Below are positions 19,071 to 28,804 of a stretch of DNA of 64,000 bases, in pieces. The notes under the pieces were generated by a model, which saw only the letters and a list, made by a program, of their open reading frames with translations, searched no databases and was not told the DNA's origin. The DNA is taken from contig CAXXFL010000007.1 in the NCBI GenBank assembly GCA_963674965.2, positions 896,001 to 960,000 on the forward strand, read 5' to 3'. Both the position numbers and the translations under genes were made by a program. Positions within the stretch are counted from its first letter, which is position 1, and the number at the start of each line of letters is the position of its first letter. The stretch is from a bacterium. Lineage in GTDB: Bacteria; RBG-13-61-14; DATKZS01.

Positions 19071-20156
19071 TTATCTTCCGTAAAACTGGACCTCGGAAAT
19101 GGAGGTGTCGGCGGTGTTCTGGCTGGTTCCCGGCCTCACGTCCAGGATCACGATCCGGACGTAAGTGGTCCGCCTCTCGCCCAGGCTGAAGTACTGGAAG
19201 CGCCGGTCGTCGTCCAGGTTGACCACCATGGTCTCGCCGTTGCTCAGCATGATCCGGGCCCGCCTGACCCGGGGGTTCAGGTAGAACCTGTCGCCGTACT
19301 TGTCGTTTCTGTATTTGTCGTAACCGGGGATGAGACCTATTTCCGCCAGGGTGACCTCGCGGCCGAAGTCGAACTGAATCCACTGGTCGATGCCGTGCCC
19401 GGGAACGCCCTCCGCCCAGCAAGTGTCGCGCCGGCCATCGATGGAGTTGGAGGGCGGATATGAGGAATTGCCGTCGCGGCCAAAGGAACTGGCGTAAACG
19501 TTGGAAGGACTGAGGTAAATCTGGGAATAACCGCCGCTCGGGGAATAAGAGGGATAAAGGGAACCCGAGGCGGACCCTCCCGCGGGGCTGCCCCAAAAGG
19601 AGGCCTCCGAGATCGAGGTGTCCGCGCTGTTCTGGCTCGATCCCGGCCGAGCGTCCAGGATGATAAGTTGGACCGACCTGGTCCGAACGCCCGGCACGGC
19701 GAAGTACTGCATGTTCCTGTCGTCCGAAAAATGAAGCGTATATGAGGAACCGTCGCTGAAAACGACGCGCGCCGTCTGCACGCGGGGATTGAGATAAAAC
19801 CTGTCGCCAAGTTTGTCGTTGACGAACTTGTCGTAGCCGGGAACGAACCCAATTTGCGTAAGGCTCATCTCGCGGCCGAAGTCGAAGGTGATCCATTGGC
19901 CCGACCCGTGACCCGGCACTCCCTCCGCCCAGCAGGTGTCCCGGCGTCCGTCCACCGCCTTGTCCGGCGAGTAGACCAGGTTGCCGCTCGTGCCCCACGA
20001 GCTGGCCGTGACCGAGCCCGGATTAACGTGAATCTGCGGCTGAGATGAATTGGGCGAAAAAGACGGATAAAGGTCCGAAGCGAAAACGGGACCGGCTAAC
20101 GTCAGGACGACCCAAAAAAATAAAGCGGCGGCCGCCGCCGTTTTTGGCTTATACAT
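19071..20156 (-). CDS. secreted protein with two discoidin/galactose-binding-like domains
   Basis: two near-identical modules DGRRDTCWAEGVPGHG..QWI.FDFGRE...PGYDK..DRFYLNPRV...DTSISE. Confidence 0.85.
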   Translation of the reverse strand: MYKPKTAAAAALFFWVVLTLAGPVFASDLYPSFSPNSSQPQIHVNPGSVTASSWGTSGNLVYSPDKAVDGRRDTCWAEGVPGHGSGQWITFDFGREMSLTQIGFVPGYDKFVNDKLGDRFYLNPRVQTARVVFSDGSSYTLHFSDDRNMQYFAVPGVRTRSVQLIILDARPGSSQNSADTSISEASFWGSPAGGSASGSLYPSYSPSGGYSQIYLSPSNVYASSFGRDGNSSYPPSNSIDGRRDTCWAEGVPGHGIDQWIQFDFGREVTLAEIGLIPGYDKYRNDKYGDRFYLNPRVRRARIMLSNGETMVVNLDDDRRFQYFSLGERRTTYVRIVILDVRPGTSQNTADTSISEVQFYGR

Positions 20157-20294
20157 TTATTTCCCTCCCCGTGGCAATTCCGATCTATTCATCATGATTA
20201 TAGCGTCGATTGGCGGACAATTCCCGCCGAAGCGAAAGGTCCCGCTAAAAACCGGACGTTTTTGTCGGTGATCGAAGCGGCTGAGATATCGAGC

Positions 20295-21155
20295 CTATGA
20301 TCGTATCTTTCCCAGATGGGCCCTGCCGTTTTTGATCACCTCGGACCCCGCGTGAGTAAAGGCCTCGAGGCCGGCAAGCTCTCCCTTCTTAATCCACCAC
20401 GACCTGATGGATATCTCGTCTCCCGGACATACGGGCCTGGAAAAGCGGACGGACAGTCTCTTGATCCCCGCGGGGTCTCCGTCCGCCAGGCCGTTTACCG
20501 CGGCCTTATGGCAAAAGGCCATGGTGCAAAGTCCTTGCAGGATTATGCCCCCGAGTCCCACCTTCCTTGCGAACTCCTCGTTTAAGTGGATGGGGTTGTG
20601 GTCGCCCGAGGGCTCGGCGTAGGCGTGGCTCTGGCCGGGAAGGACCTTTTCCGATGACTGAAAGGCCAACTCGCTTTTGTCCTCCTCCGGCTCGGGCGCC
20701 TTGGATTTCCTCTCGAGCCTTCCGTAACCGCGAACGAAAAAGGAAGAAGTCTGGCGACAGACGACGTCCGTTTCCTCCGCCAGGCGTGAAGTGGTCTCGA
20801 CCACCAGCAACTCGCCGCTTCCCTTGTCGATTATGTCGCTGATTCTCACGGTCGTTTGGATTTTATCTCCCGGCCTTACGGCCTTGAACCATTCCATGTC
20901 CTGTTCGCCGTGGACCAAGAAGGGCATGAAACCCTCGCCGACCTCCTTGTCGAAAAAGACCATGCCCACCGCGGAGCCTCCGTAATGGACCGCGTACATG
21001 GGTGGAGCGACAATGCCTCCGTCCCTCGAGCCGTCCACGTACCAGGGGTTCCAGTCGTTGGTGGCCAGGGCGTAGTAAACGGTCTCATGCTTTTTAATCT
21101 CGAATTGGATGGGGCCGTATTCTTTTCCGATGACGGCCTTGTTCAGTTCGGGCAT
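20295..21155 (-). CDS. MaoC-family double hot-dog (R)-enoyl-CoA hydratase/dehydratase
   Basis: YALATND.NP, LVHGEQ, YAEPSGDHNPIH, ILQGLCTM, VRFSRPV. Confidence 0.85.
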   Translation of the reverse strand: MPELNKAVIGKEYGPIQFEIKKHETVYYALATNDWNPWYVDGSRDGGIVAPPMYAVHYGGSAVGMVFFDKEVGEGFMPFLVHGEQDMEWFKAVRPGDKIQTTVRISDIIDKGSGELLVVETTSRLAEETDVVCRQTSSFFVRGYGRLERKSKAPEPEEDKSELAFQSSEKVLPGQSHAYAEPSGDHNPIHLNEEFARKVGLGGIILQGLCTMAFCHKAAVNGLADGDPAGIKRLSVRFSRPVCPGDEISIRSWWIKKGELAGLEAFTHAGSEVIKNGRAHLGKIRS

Positions 21156-21194
21156 TTCGCTCTCCCGGGTCGAAGCCGATCTTGCCGGCCCCTA

Positions 21195-22073
21195 TTATTC
21201 AGTGGTTTTTGCAAAGACCCGATCGGCCATGTAGCTCGAGCGGACCAGGGGCCCGGCAAATACGGTTAACCCCAGCCGCTCTCCCCACTCCCTCATCTCG
21301 TCGTATTCCTCGGGCAGCCAGTAGCGCTCGGGCTTTATACTGTTCCTCGTCGGCTGGAGGTATTGCCCGATGGTCAAGACTTCGCATCCGGCCTCGGCCA
21401 GGTCCATCATCACCTGGATGACCTCCTCCTTATCCTCGCCGAGACCCACCATCATTCCGCTCTTCACGACCACCCCCGAGCCGTCCTCCCCGGCCAGGCT
21501 CGAGGCCGCGGCCAGCACCGCCAATGATCTGCGATAATCCGCTCGCGGCCGGACGGCCGGATAAAGACGGGGGGCCGTCTCGACGTTGTGGTTGAAAACG
21601 TCGGGACCGGCCTCGAGCACGGTCCTTACCGAGGCCGTCTTGCCCTGAAAATCAGGCGTCAGGACCTCGACCCTCGAGTCGGGCAAACGCTTCCCGACGG
21701 CCCGAATCACCTCGGCGAAATGGCCCGCGCCGCCGTCGGCCAGGTCGTCCCTCGTCACCGAGGTGACCACCACGTACTTGAGCCCAAGGTCATGCGCCGC
21801 CCGAGCGACCTCCTCCGGCTCGCGAGGGTCCACAACCCCCGGCGAACCCGTCTCGACCGCGCAAAAACGGCAACCCCTCGCGCAAAGATGACCCATGATC
21901 ATGAAAGCGGCCGCGGGCCGCGAGAAGCACTCCGCCATGTTCGGACAGCGGGCCGACTCGCATACCGTGTGCAGCCGGGACTTTCTGAGGCGGACCTTCA
22001 ACTCCCTGATCTCCTCCCTGGTCCCGCGAGGGTTTCGCAGGAAGTCGGGCAGTCTTTCCCGATCGGAACTCAT
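21195..22073 (-). CDS. lipA: lipoyl synthase
   Basis: CESARCPNMAEC, radical-SAM CARGCRFC, NHNVET, GQYLQP, VRSSY. Confidence 0.95.
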   Translation of the reverse strand: MSSDRERLPDFLRNPRGTREEIRELKVRLRKSRLHTVCESARCPNMAECFSRPAAAFMIMGHLCARGCRFCAVETGSPGVVDPREPEEVARAAHDLGLKYVVVTSVTRDDLADGGAGHFAEVIRAVGKRLPDSRVEVLTPDFQGKTASVRTVLEAGPDVFNHNVETAPRLYPAVRPRADYRRSLAVLAAASSLAGEDGSGVVVKSGMMVGLGEDKEEVIQVMMDLAEAGCEVLTIGQYLQPTRNSIKPERYWLPEEYDEMREWGERLGLTVFAGPLVRSSYMADRVFAKTTE

Positions 22074-22215
22074 ATACTGGATTCTATGGCCGGAACGCGT
22101 CACATGCAAGAAGAAGCGGTCAGGCGAGCGCCTCGAGCGTCCGCGGACGACCTCGATTCCCGCGCCTTTTAATCTCCGGCCACTTTGCTATTATCAAACG
22201 GATGGAGAGCGGGAA

Positions 22216-22857
22216 ATGAGCGGCCTCGAGCTTTTCGGATTCCTGGTCTCGATAGTCAGCCTCTCCCTCACGGGGATACTCATGCCCGGACCGGTCACGG
22301 CCGTTACCATGGCCCGAGGCGCCCATAGTCCCCACGCGGGGGCCTGGGTGGCCATCGGGCACGGCGTGCTCGAGCTGCCCCTCATGGCGTTCATATACTT
22401 TTTCTCCGGGGCCATATTCCACCTGGCCTCCGTCAAGGTAGGCATCGGAGTGGTGGGCGGCCTGCTTCTTCTTTGGATGGCGGTGGGCATGCTGCGGGAC
22501 TACGACAAGGTGGGCGCGCCCGGCGAGGAGGTCTACTCCGGCAGGTTCACCAAGTCTCCCTTCATGGCCGGGATATTCCTCTCCGCCGGCAACCCTTACT
22601 TCCTGGTGTGGTGGGCCACGGTGGGGGCGGCACTTATCGGGAAGTCCCTGGCCATGGGCGTTGTCGGGTTCGTCGTGCTGGCCGCTGTCCACTGGCTATG
22701 CGATTTTATCTGGTACTATTTCCTCTCGGCCCTTTCCTTCTCGGGCGGGAAATTTTTCGGCCAAAAGCTCCAGCGGGGAGTGTTTATCGTTTGCGGCCTG
22801 GCCCTTCTTTATTTTTCGGGCTCCTTTTTAATGGGCGCCATCTTTACCTTGTCCTAG
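22216..22857 (+). CDS. LysE-family translocator
   Basis: MPGP..., GHG.LE, GNPYFLVWW. Confidence 0.85.
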   Translation: MSGLELFGFLVSIVSLSLTGILMPGPVTAVTMARGAHSPHAGAWVAIGHGVLELPLMAFIYFFSGAIFHLASVKVGIGVVGGLLLLWMAVGMLRDYDKVGAPGEEVYSGRFTKSPFMAGIFLSAGNPYFLVWWATVGAALIGKSLAMGVVGFVVLAAVHWLCDFIWYYFLSALSFSGGKFFGQKLQRGVFIVCGLALLYFSGSFLMGAIFTLS

Positions 22858-22919
22858 TTCCCGTGATATAAATTCAAGTCGCCGCCGGACCGAATTTCCG
22901 GCCAAGGTCGCGACCGCCC

Positions 22920-23852
22920 ATGAAGTACTTCATAAAAAGGATACTCCTCAGCCTGCCCGTCGCCTTCGGCGTCCTGGTCCTGGTGTTTCTTCTGATCCAT
23001 CTGGCCCCGGGTGACCCCGTGGACGTGATGCTGGGTGACCAGGCCTCGTCGGCGGACAGGGAGCAGCTTCGTAACGACCTTCATTTGAACGACCCTCTAT
23101 TATTGCAGTTCGGTATTTTTATGAGGGAACTTTTCACGGGAGAGCTTAAGTCCTTATTCTCGGGCAAGCCCGTCATGGAAAGCGTTTTCAGCCGGCTTTG
23201 GGCCACGGTCCAACTTGCCCTGGCGGCCCTCGCCGTCAGCCTGGCCATCTCCATTCCAATGGGGGTGGTCGCGGCGATCAAGCGGGGCACGGGCGTCGAC
23301 CACGCGGCCATGGGCTTTTCCCTCTTGGGCGTGAGCATGCCCACCTTCTGGCTGGGCCCGATGCTGATCCTGGTTTTCTCGATCAAGCTCGGCTGGACAC
23401 CGGTGTCGGGCCAGGCCGGCATAAGTCATATAATCCTTCCCGCCCTGACCCTCGGCGCGGGCATGGCCGCCATCGTGAGCCGGATGATACGGAGCAGCCT
23501 GCTCGAGGCCATGGATGAGGACTTCATCAGGACGGCTCGGGCCAAGGGACTTTCCGAGTGGGCCGTGGTCACGCGGCACGGGCTTCGCAACGCCTTGATA
23601 CCCGTCATCACGGTGGTGGGTCTTCAGGCGGGGGCGCTTTTATCGGGGGCCATCATCACCGAGACCATATTCGTCTGGCCGGGGATAGGAAGGTTGCTCA
23701 TCGAGGCCATTAACTCGCGCGACTTCCCTCTCGTGCAGGGGGCCGTTTTGGTCATCGCCATGTCCTACGTGATCATCAACCTTATTACCGACCTCCTCTA
23801 CGCCGCCTTCGATCCGCGCGTAAGGCTTTCCGGGACCGGCAATGCGCGATGA
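22920..23852 (+). CDS. peptide/nickel ABC transporter permease (DppB/NikB-like)
   Basis: PGDP, P.FWLG, FIRTARAKGL, HGLRNALIP, ETIFVWPGIG, DPRVR. Confidence 0.92.
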   Translation: MKYFIKRILLSLPVAFGVLVLVFLLIHLAPGDPVDVMLGDQASSADREQLRNDLHLNDPLLLQFGIFMRELFTGELKSLFSGKPVMESVFSRLWATVQLALAALAVSLAISIPMGVVAAIKRGTGVDHAAMGFSLLGVSMPTFWLGPMLILVFSIKLGWTPVSGQAGISHIILPALTLGAGMAAIVSRMIRSSLLEAMDEDFIRTARAKGLSEWAVVTRHGLRNALIPVITVVGLQAGALLSGAIITETIFVWPGIGRLLIEAINSRDFPLVQGAVLVIAMSYVIINLITDLLYAAFDPRVRLSGTGNAR

Positions 23853-24657
23853 AGTCGGTATCCGCGGCAAGGCGGCCGCCTGGCTCGGGGCCTTTATCGT
23901 GGCCGCGCTCCTTGTCACGGCGGCGGGCGCGTCGTACATCTCCCCTTTCCCTCCGGACGAGATGCGACTTTGCGAGGGCCCTTCCGGCTTGAGCCTGGAC
24001 CACCCCCTGGGCATGGACAAGCACGGGAGGGACGTTCTCTCGCGCCTGATATACGGATCGCGCGTGTCCGTGATAGTGGGCGCGGGCACGGTGGCCCTTT
24101 CGGTCGTGATCGGTTTCCTTCTCGGGGCCACGGCCGGCCTGCGGGGAGGGCTTTGGGACCAACTGGTCATGCGGGTGGTGGACGTGCTGTTGGCTTTTCC
24201 CGGCATACTTTTAGCCATCGCCCTGACGGCCATCACCGGCCCGAGCGTGACCAACGTTATTATCGCCCTTTCAGCCAGGGGATGGGTGGCCTACGCCCGC
24301 CTCGCGCGGGGCCAGGTACTGGTCGAGCGGGAAAAGGGCTACGTCGAGGCGGCCAGGTCCATCGGGGCGTCGACTCCCAGGATAGTGCTCGCCCACCTTT
24401 TGCCCAACGTGACCGCGCCGGTGGTGGTGCAGGCGACCTTCGGCATGGCGGGCGCCATCCTGGCCGAGGCTTCCCTTTCCTTCCTGGGTCTCGGGCCGCA
24501 GGGCGTTCCCTCCTGGGGGGCAATGCTCAACGACGGCACGTCTTTTTTAAGGACCGCCCCTCACCTGGCGATCGTTCCCGGCCTCGCCATCATGGCCACG
24601 GTGATGGCCTTTAACTTCCTGGGCGACGCGCTAAGGGACCGATTAGCCGGGAACTGA
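23842..24657 (+). CDS. peptide/nickel ABC transporter permease (DppC/NikC-like)
   Basis: HPLGMD..GRD, YVEAARSIG, HLLPN, EASLSFLGLG, NFLGDALRD. Confidence 0.92.
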   Translation: MRDEVGIRGKAAAWLGAFIVAALLVTAAGASYISPFPPDEMRLCEGPSGLSLDHPLGMDKHGRDVLSRLIYGSRVSVIVGAGTVALSVVIGFLLGATAGLRGGLWDQLVMRVVDVLLAFPGILLAIALTAITGPSVTNVIIALSARGWVAYARLARGQVLVEREKGYVEAARSIGASTPRIVLAHLLPNVTAPVVVQATFGMAGAILAEASLSFLGLGPQGVPSWGAMLNDGTSFLRTAPHLAIVPGLAIMATVMAFNFLGDALRDRLAGN

Positions 24658-24781
24658 CCGCCGATCGGGAGTCGGGGATGAGAATGACGGTAATCGCTGT
24701 TACCATAGTTTGCGGGGACGGGCATGAAAATATTCGATTCAATACCGCTCGCGAGACGCTTATTCTTCCAGGAGGGACGGC

Positions 24782-25324
24782 GTGACTGAGGGAAGACCCG
24801 CCGCTATCGGCTCGGCCATCGACCTGAAGCTTACGGCTATCGAGATAATCGAGCTGGCCATATGGATCGAGCGCAAGGGCGTCGAGTTCTACCGCTTCCT
24901 TTCCGAGGAAATGGAGGAAGCGGACATGCGCTCTTTTTTTCTTCGCCTCATGGGAATGGAAATGCGCCACGAGTCCAGGCTGAGGTCCGCCCTCAAAGAT
25001 TTTCCTCAAAGGGAGGAAATAAAATCCGGGTTTGACGAGGGCATGAGCGACCGGGAGTATTTTCTCAGACTGAAAACGCTGGCGGGCGCCAAGGTATTTC
25101 CCGAGGGTTTTAATATCCTTCTCGAGATGGAGGATTACAAGGAACCGGAGGACGCTCTTCCCATGGCGCTCGAGATCGAGGAAAACACGCGAAGACTGTA
25201 TGGCGTTCTCTCGGGGTTCGAGCTCCCGGCCGAGGTCGCGAGCCTGGTTCGAGACCTGATCCGCGACGAGGGGGAACACGTATCCGAGATTAAAGGGATC
25301 ATCGGCCCCGCGGCGAAAAAGTGA
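24782..25324 (+). CDS. ferritin-like/rubrerythrin diiron domain protein
   Basis: AI.IE..G..FY, ExxH twice (EMRH, EGEH); GGAGG RBS before GTG. Confidence 0.75.
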   Translation: MTEGRPAAIGSAIDLKLTAIEIIELAIWIERKGVEFYRFLSEEMEEADMRSFFLRLMGMEMRHESRLRSALKDFPQREEIKSGFDEGMSDREYFLRLKTLAGAKVFPEGFNILLEMEDYKEPEDALPMALEIEENTRRLYGVLSGFELPAEVASLVRDLIRDEGEHVSEIKGIIGPAAKK

Positions 25325-25365
25325 GAGCACTCAAGACCGGGGCCGGGAAAGGAGATGGACCCAAG

Positions 25366-26130
25366 ATGACGAATAAAGGCGTCCTGGAGAGGTTCAAAGA
25401 CAAGATGGAAACAATCCTCCAGGAGAAGGGATTGGCGGACGCGAGCGTTACGGTCCTGGCCAAGCCCCTTACCCCGGAGGAGGCGATCGGCGAGCCGGGG
25501 CGGCGGGATTTTCCCATCCTCAAGGGCAAGGAAAGGCTCATCGAGGCCGAGGTCCTCGGCTCGAGGGGACAGGCCTTCACCGATACCGCCCGGGACTTTA
25601 TTGGAACGCTGGCCGACGTCATGGCCCTTCCCCTGGACTCGAACGGAAGCCGCGCCGTTTTTCTGGCGGCCATGAACGCGGCCCTGGCCCATCTGGGCAT
25701 GGTTCGGGGTACCCTCCACTGCAAGAACGAGGACCCCGAGGAGTGCGGCGCGGCTATTGCCTCGGAAATCCTCGCCGCGAGCGGCAAGGTCAAGGTCGGC
25801 CTGATCGGATTCAATCCCGCCATGGGCCAGAGGCTGATCGAGACCTTTGGGGCCGGCTCCATGGCCATCTCCGATCTCAGCCCCGACGTGGTGGGCCAGG
25901 AAAGGTTCGGAGTGAAAATCCAGGACGGACTGGCCGCGAACGACGCCCTGGTCGAGGGCTCGGACGTGATCGTCATGAGCGGGACCACCATGGTCAACGA
26001 CACCTTCGATCCCATCATGGACAAGATCGAGGCCCTGGGAAAGGATTATTTCGTGTTCGGCGTAACCACGGCCGGACCGGCGGCCATCCTGGGCTTTCGT
26101 AGAATCTGCCCCAAGGCCAGGGAGGGCTGA
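25366..26130 (+). CDS. DUF364 / Rossmann-like putative metal-chelation protein
   Basis: L.PEEAIG.P.R.DFPI.KGKE, GQAFTD, GTT.VN.T. Confidence 0.7.
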   Translation: MTNKGVLERFKDKMETILQEKGLADASVTVLAKPLTPEEAIGEPGRRDFPILKGKERLIEAEVLGSRGQAFTDTARDFIGTLADVMALPLDSNGSRAVFLAAMNAALAHLGMVRGTLHCKNEDPEECGAAIASEILAASGKVKVGLIGFNPAMGQRLIETFGAGSMAISDLSPDVVGQERFGVKIQDGLAANDALVEGSDVIVMSGTTMVNDTFDPIMDKIEALGKDYFVFGVTTAGPAAILGFRRICPKAREG

Positions 26131-26171
26131 TACTCCAAGTTTCTCTCGAACGAAAAGCCCGTCCTTTTTCC

Positions 26172-27038
26172 TTACCCCGAGCGTCCGGCGTAATCGTCCA
26201 GCTTTTCCGAAAAGGAAGGCTCCTCGGTCTTGTAGAAGAGTCCGAGGAAAAGCTCGTCGTCCATGGCCCTCTCGACGGCCATGTGATAGTCGGCGTAGTC
26301 GTGCCTTTTGGGAAGTGGCATGACCAGTTCCTCGAGCCTGGGGTAGAGGTAGTTGACCTTGTCGAAGGTCACGCAGGGGCTGAGTACGTGGACGAAGCTG
26401 AAGCCCTTGTGGAGGATGGCCTCGCGCATGATCACCCTCAGGTCCTTGGGTCTTCCCGCGAACCCCCTGGCCACGAAGGTCGCGCCGGCGGCGAGCACGG
26501 TCATAAGCGGCTTCAGGGGCCGGTCGGGACTTCCGTAGGGATGGGAGTTGGTAACCTGCGCCGCGGGGGTGGTGGGTGAGGTCTGGCCCTTGGTAAGCCC
26601 GTAGATTCCGTTGTCGAAAAGCACGCAGGTGATATCCACGTTGCGCCTGGCCGCGTGAGGCAGGTGGCCGGCGCCTATGCCCAGGCAGTCTCCGTCCCCG
26701 GTCACGGCCAGGACGGTAAGATCGGGCCTGGCCACCTTGGCGCCCGTGGCGACGGGCAACGCCCTACCATGGAGAGCGTGTATGCCGTATCCCCTGACGA
26801 AGAAGGGATAGCGGCCGGTGCATCCAATGCCGGAGACCACGACCAGCTCGTGGGTCTTGACGCCGAGGTCTTTCATGGCGCCGACGATGGCGGTCTGGAT
26901 GCCGAAGTATCCGCATCCCGGGCACCACACGGGCAGTCGCTTGCTCCGATAGTCCAGTACTCCCTTTTCCTTGACGGCCTTGATCTCCTCGTCAAGGTAG
27001 AAAACCTCGGGGACTTTTTCCGTTTTAATGTCGTTCAT
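26172..27038 (-). CDS. 2-oxoacid:ferredoxin oxidoreductase beta subunit
   Basis: WCPGCG, SGIGC, LHGRALP, GDGD, YGLTKGQTSPT, SPCVTF. Confidence 0.93.
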   Translation of the reverse strand: MNDIKTEKVPEVFYLDEEIKAVKEKGVLDYRSKRLPVWCPGCGYFGIQTAIVGAMKDLGVKTHELVVVSGIGCTGRYPFFVRGYGIHALHGRALPVATGAKVARPDLTVLAVTGDGDCLGIGAGHLPHAARRNVDITCVLFDNGIYGLTKGQTSPTTPAAQVTNSHPYGSPDRPLKPLMTVLAAGATFVARGFAGRPKDLRVIMREAILHKGFSFVHVLSPCVTFDKVNYLYPRLEELVMPLPKRHDYADYHMAVERAMDDELFLGLFYKTEEPSFSEKLDDYAGRSG

Positions 27039-28804
27039 GACGTCTCCGTGATAAGACGCTCGATTTCCTCGAGCACGTCAAGATAGGTAAGGGGACTGCA
27101 CTTGACCATGTTCAGTCCATGGATAGGCTTATTCACGTGCATGGACAGCCAGCGGGCGAACTGGCCCGAGTAGTTGAGCTCGGGCACGAGTATTTTTTCG
27201 CAGTCGTCCACGAACTTCTCGATATCCTCGACGTGGAGCGGGTTGAGCACGACCTGCTTGAGGGCCGCCGCCGAGAGGCCGGCCTCGTTGGCCCTTTCCA
27301 CCGCCTCGATTACCGCGCCCATGGTCGATCCCCATCCCATGACCCCGAGCTTTACCTTGCCCTTGGCCCCGAAACGCTCGGGCCTGGGCACGTCGTTTTG
27401 AAGGGCGGTCATAAGCTTTCGCGCCCGCTTCTCGGTCATCTCGGTATGCACGTTGGCGTAATAGCTGGGGGAGTCGAGCTCGTTTTGCTCGAGACCCGAG
27501 ACGGTCCACTCGAACCCGGGCGTTCCCGGCAGGGCGCGGGGGCTGACCCCGTCCTCCGTCACCTTGAAGCGGCCAACTCCCTCCTCGCCGGGGGAGGGCG
27601 ATTTATTGGCCGAAAGCTTGGCCTTGTCCAGTTCACTTAAGACCGCGTTAGTTTTACAGGTGGAGAGGAAAAGGTCCATGAGCAAAATGACCGGGGTCTG
27701 GTATTTCTCCGCCAGGTAGAAGGCCTCGGAGGTCCAGTAATGGCACTCCTCGACGCTGGTGGGCGCGACGACTATCCTGGGCGCGTCCCCATTGCCCGAG
27801 AAGAGGGCGAGCAAAAGGTCGGACTGCTCGGTCTTGGTGGGCAGCCCCGTGGCCGGCCCGCCCCTCTGGCTGTCCACTATGACCACCGGGTTCTCGGTCA
27901 TCACGTTGTAGCCGATGAACTCGGTCATGAGGCATACGCCGGGCCCCGAGGTGGCGGTCATGGCCCTGGTCCCCATCATGGCCGCGCCCGTGACCATGCC
28001 GATGGCGGATATCTCGTCCTCCGCCTGCACCACCCTGCCGCCAAGGGGAGGAAGCTTGGCCGACAGTATCTCCATGATCTTGGTGGCCGGCGTGATGGGG
28101 TAGCCGGCGTAAAAGCGGCAGCCCGCCTCGATGGCTCCCCTGGCAGCCGCCTGGTTGCCGTTCATGATCTGGAAGTCTTTTTTCTCCAGCTCTTCCTTGA
28201 CGGCGAAGCTGACGGGGTCGACCTTGAGGAGCTTCTCCTTGACGTAATCGTGGCCCGCGCGGAAGGCGGCCTTGACGGTCTGGGCCACGTTGCCCTTTTT
28301 TCCGCCGAACTTCCTGTCCAGCCCCGCCTCGAAGGCCTCGGCGTCTATGTCGAAGAGCCCGGCGATGGCTCCGAGGGCGACCAGGTTCCTGGACCTGGCC
28401 CCGTGGGTGGACCGCTGGGACAGCTCTCCAAAGGGAACGCCGTACAGGTACATGCCCGGCCCCAGCCTGCCCGCCACGCAGGACTCCTCGGAGACCTCCC
28501 TTAGCGGCCACGAGTCGAACAGGACCACGCCGCCCGGCTTGAGGGTCGCGAGCTGCTCGATCGAGTAGGGATCGTTCAGGCTGACCAGCGCGTCCACGCT
28601 CCTGCCCACGCTGTACACGGGCTTGTCACTCACGCGGCAGTGGGCCACGCACTTGCCGAAGCCCCGAATCTCGGCCGGGTACACGTCGAAGCTTAGCGCC
28701 CGGTAGCCGAGGTCGGACAGGGTATTGACGAGTATCTCGCCGACGGCGAGGGTGCCGTCGCCCGAGCTTCCGCAAATCTCGATGGTAAGGTCAACTTGTC
28801 TCAT
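27035..28804 (-). CDS. 2-oxoacid:ferredoxin oxidoreductase alpha subunit (gamma-alpha fusion)
   Basis: YPAEIRG, GYPITPAT, QAEDEI, ATSGPG, QRGGPATGLPTK.EQSD. Confidence 0.93.
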   Translation of the reverse strand: MRQVDLTIEICGSSGDGTLAVGEILVNTLSDLGYRALSFDVYPAEIRGFGKCVAHCRVSDKPVYSVGRSVDALVSLNDPYSIEQLATLKPGGVVLFDSWPLREVSEESCVAGRLGPGMYLYGVPFGELSQRSTHGARSRNLVALGAIAGLFDIDAEAFEAGLDRKFGGKKGNVAQTVKAAFRAGHDYVKEKLLKVDPVSFAVKEELEKKDFQIMNGNQAAARGAIEAGCRFYAGYPITPATKIMEILSAKLPPLGGRVVQAEDEISAIGMVTGAAMMGTRAMTATSGPGVCLMTEFIGYNVMTENPVVIVDSQRGGPATGLPTKTEQSDLLLALFSGNGDAPRIVVAPTSVEECHYWTSEAFYLAEKYQTPVILLMDLFLSTCKTNAVLSELDKAKLSANKSPSPGEEGVGRFKVTEDGVSPRALPGTPGFEWTVSGLEQNELDSPSYYANVHTEMTEKRARKLMTALQNDVPRPERFGAKGKVKLGVMGWGSTMGAVIEAVERANEAGLSAAALKQVVLNPLHVEDIEKFVDDCEKILVPELNYSGQFARWLSMHVNKPIHGLNMVKCSPLTYLDVLEEIERLITETS

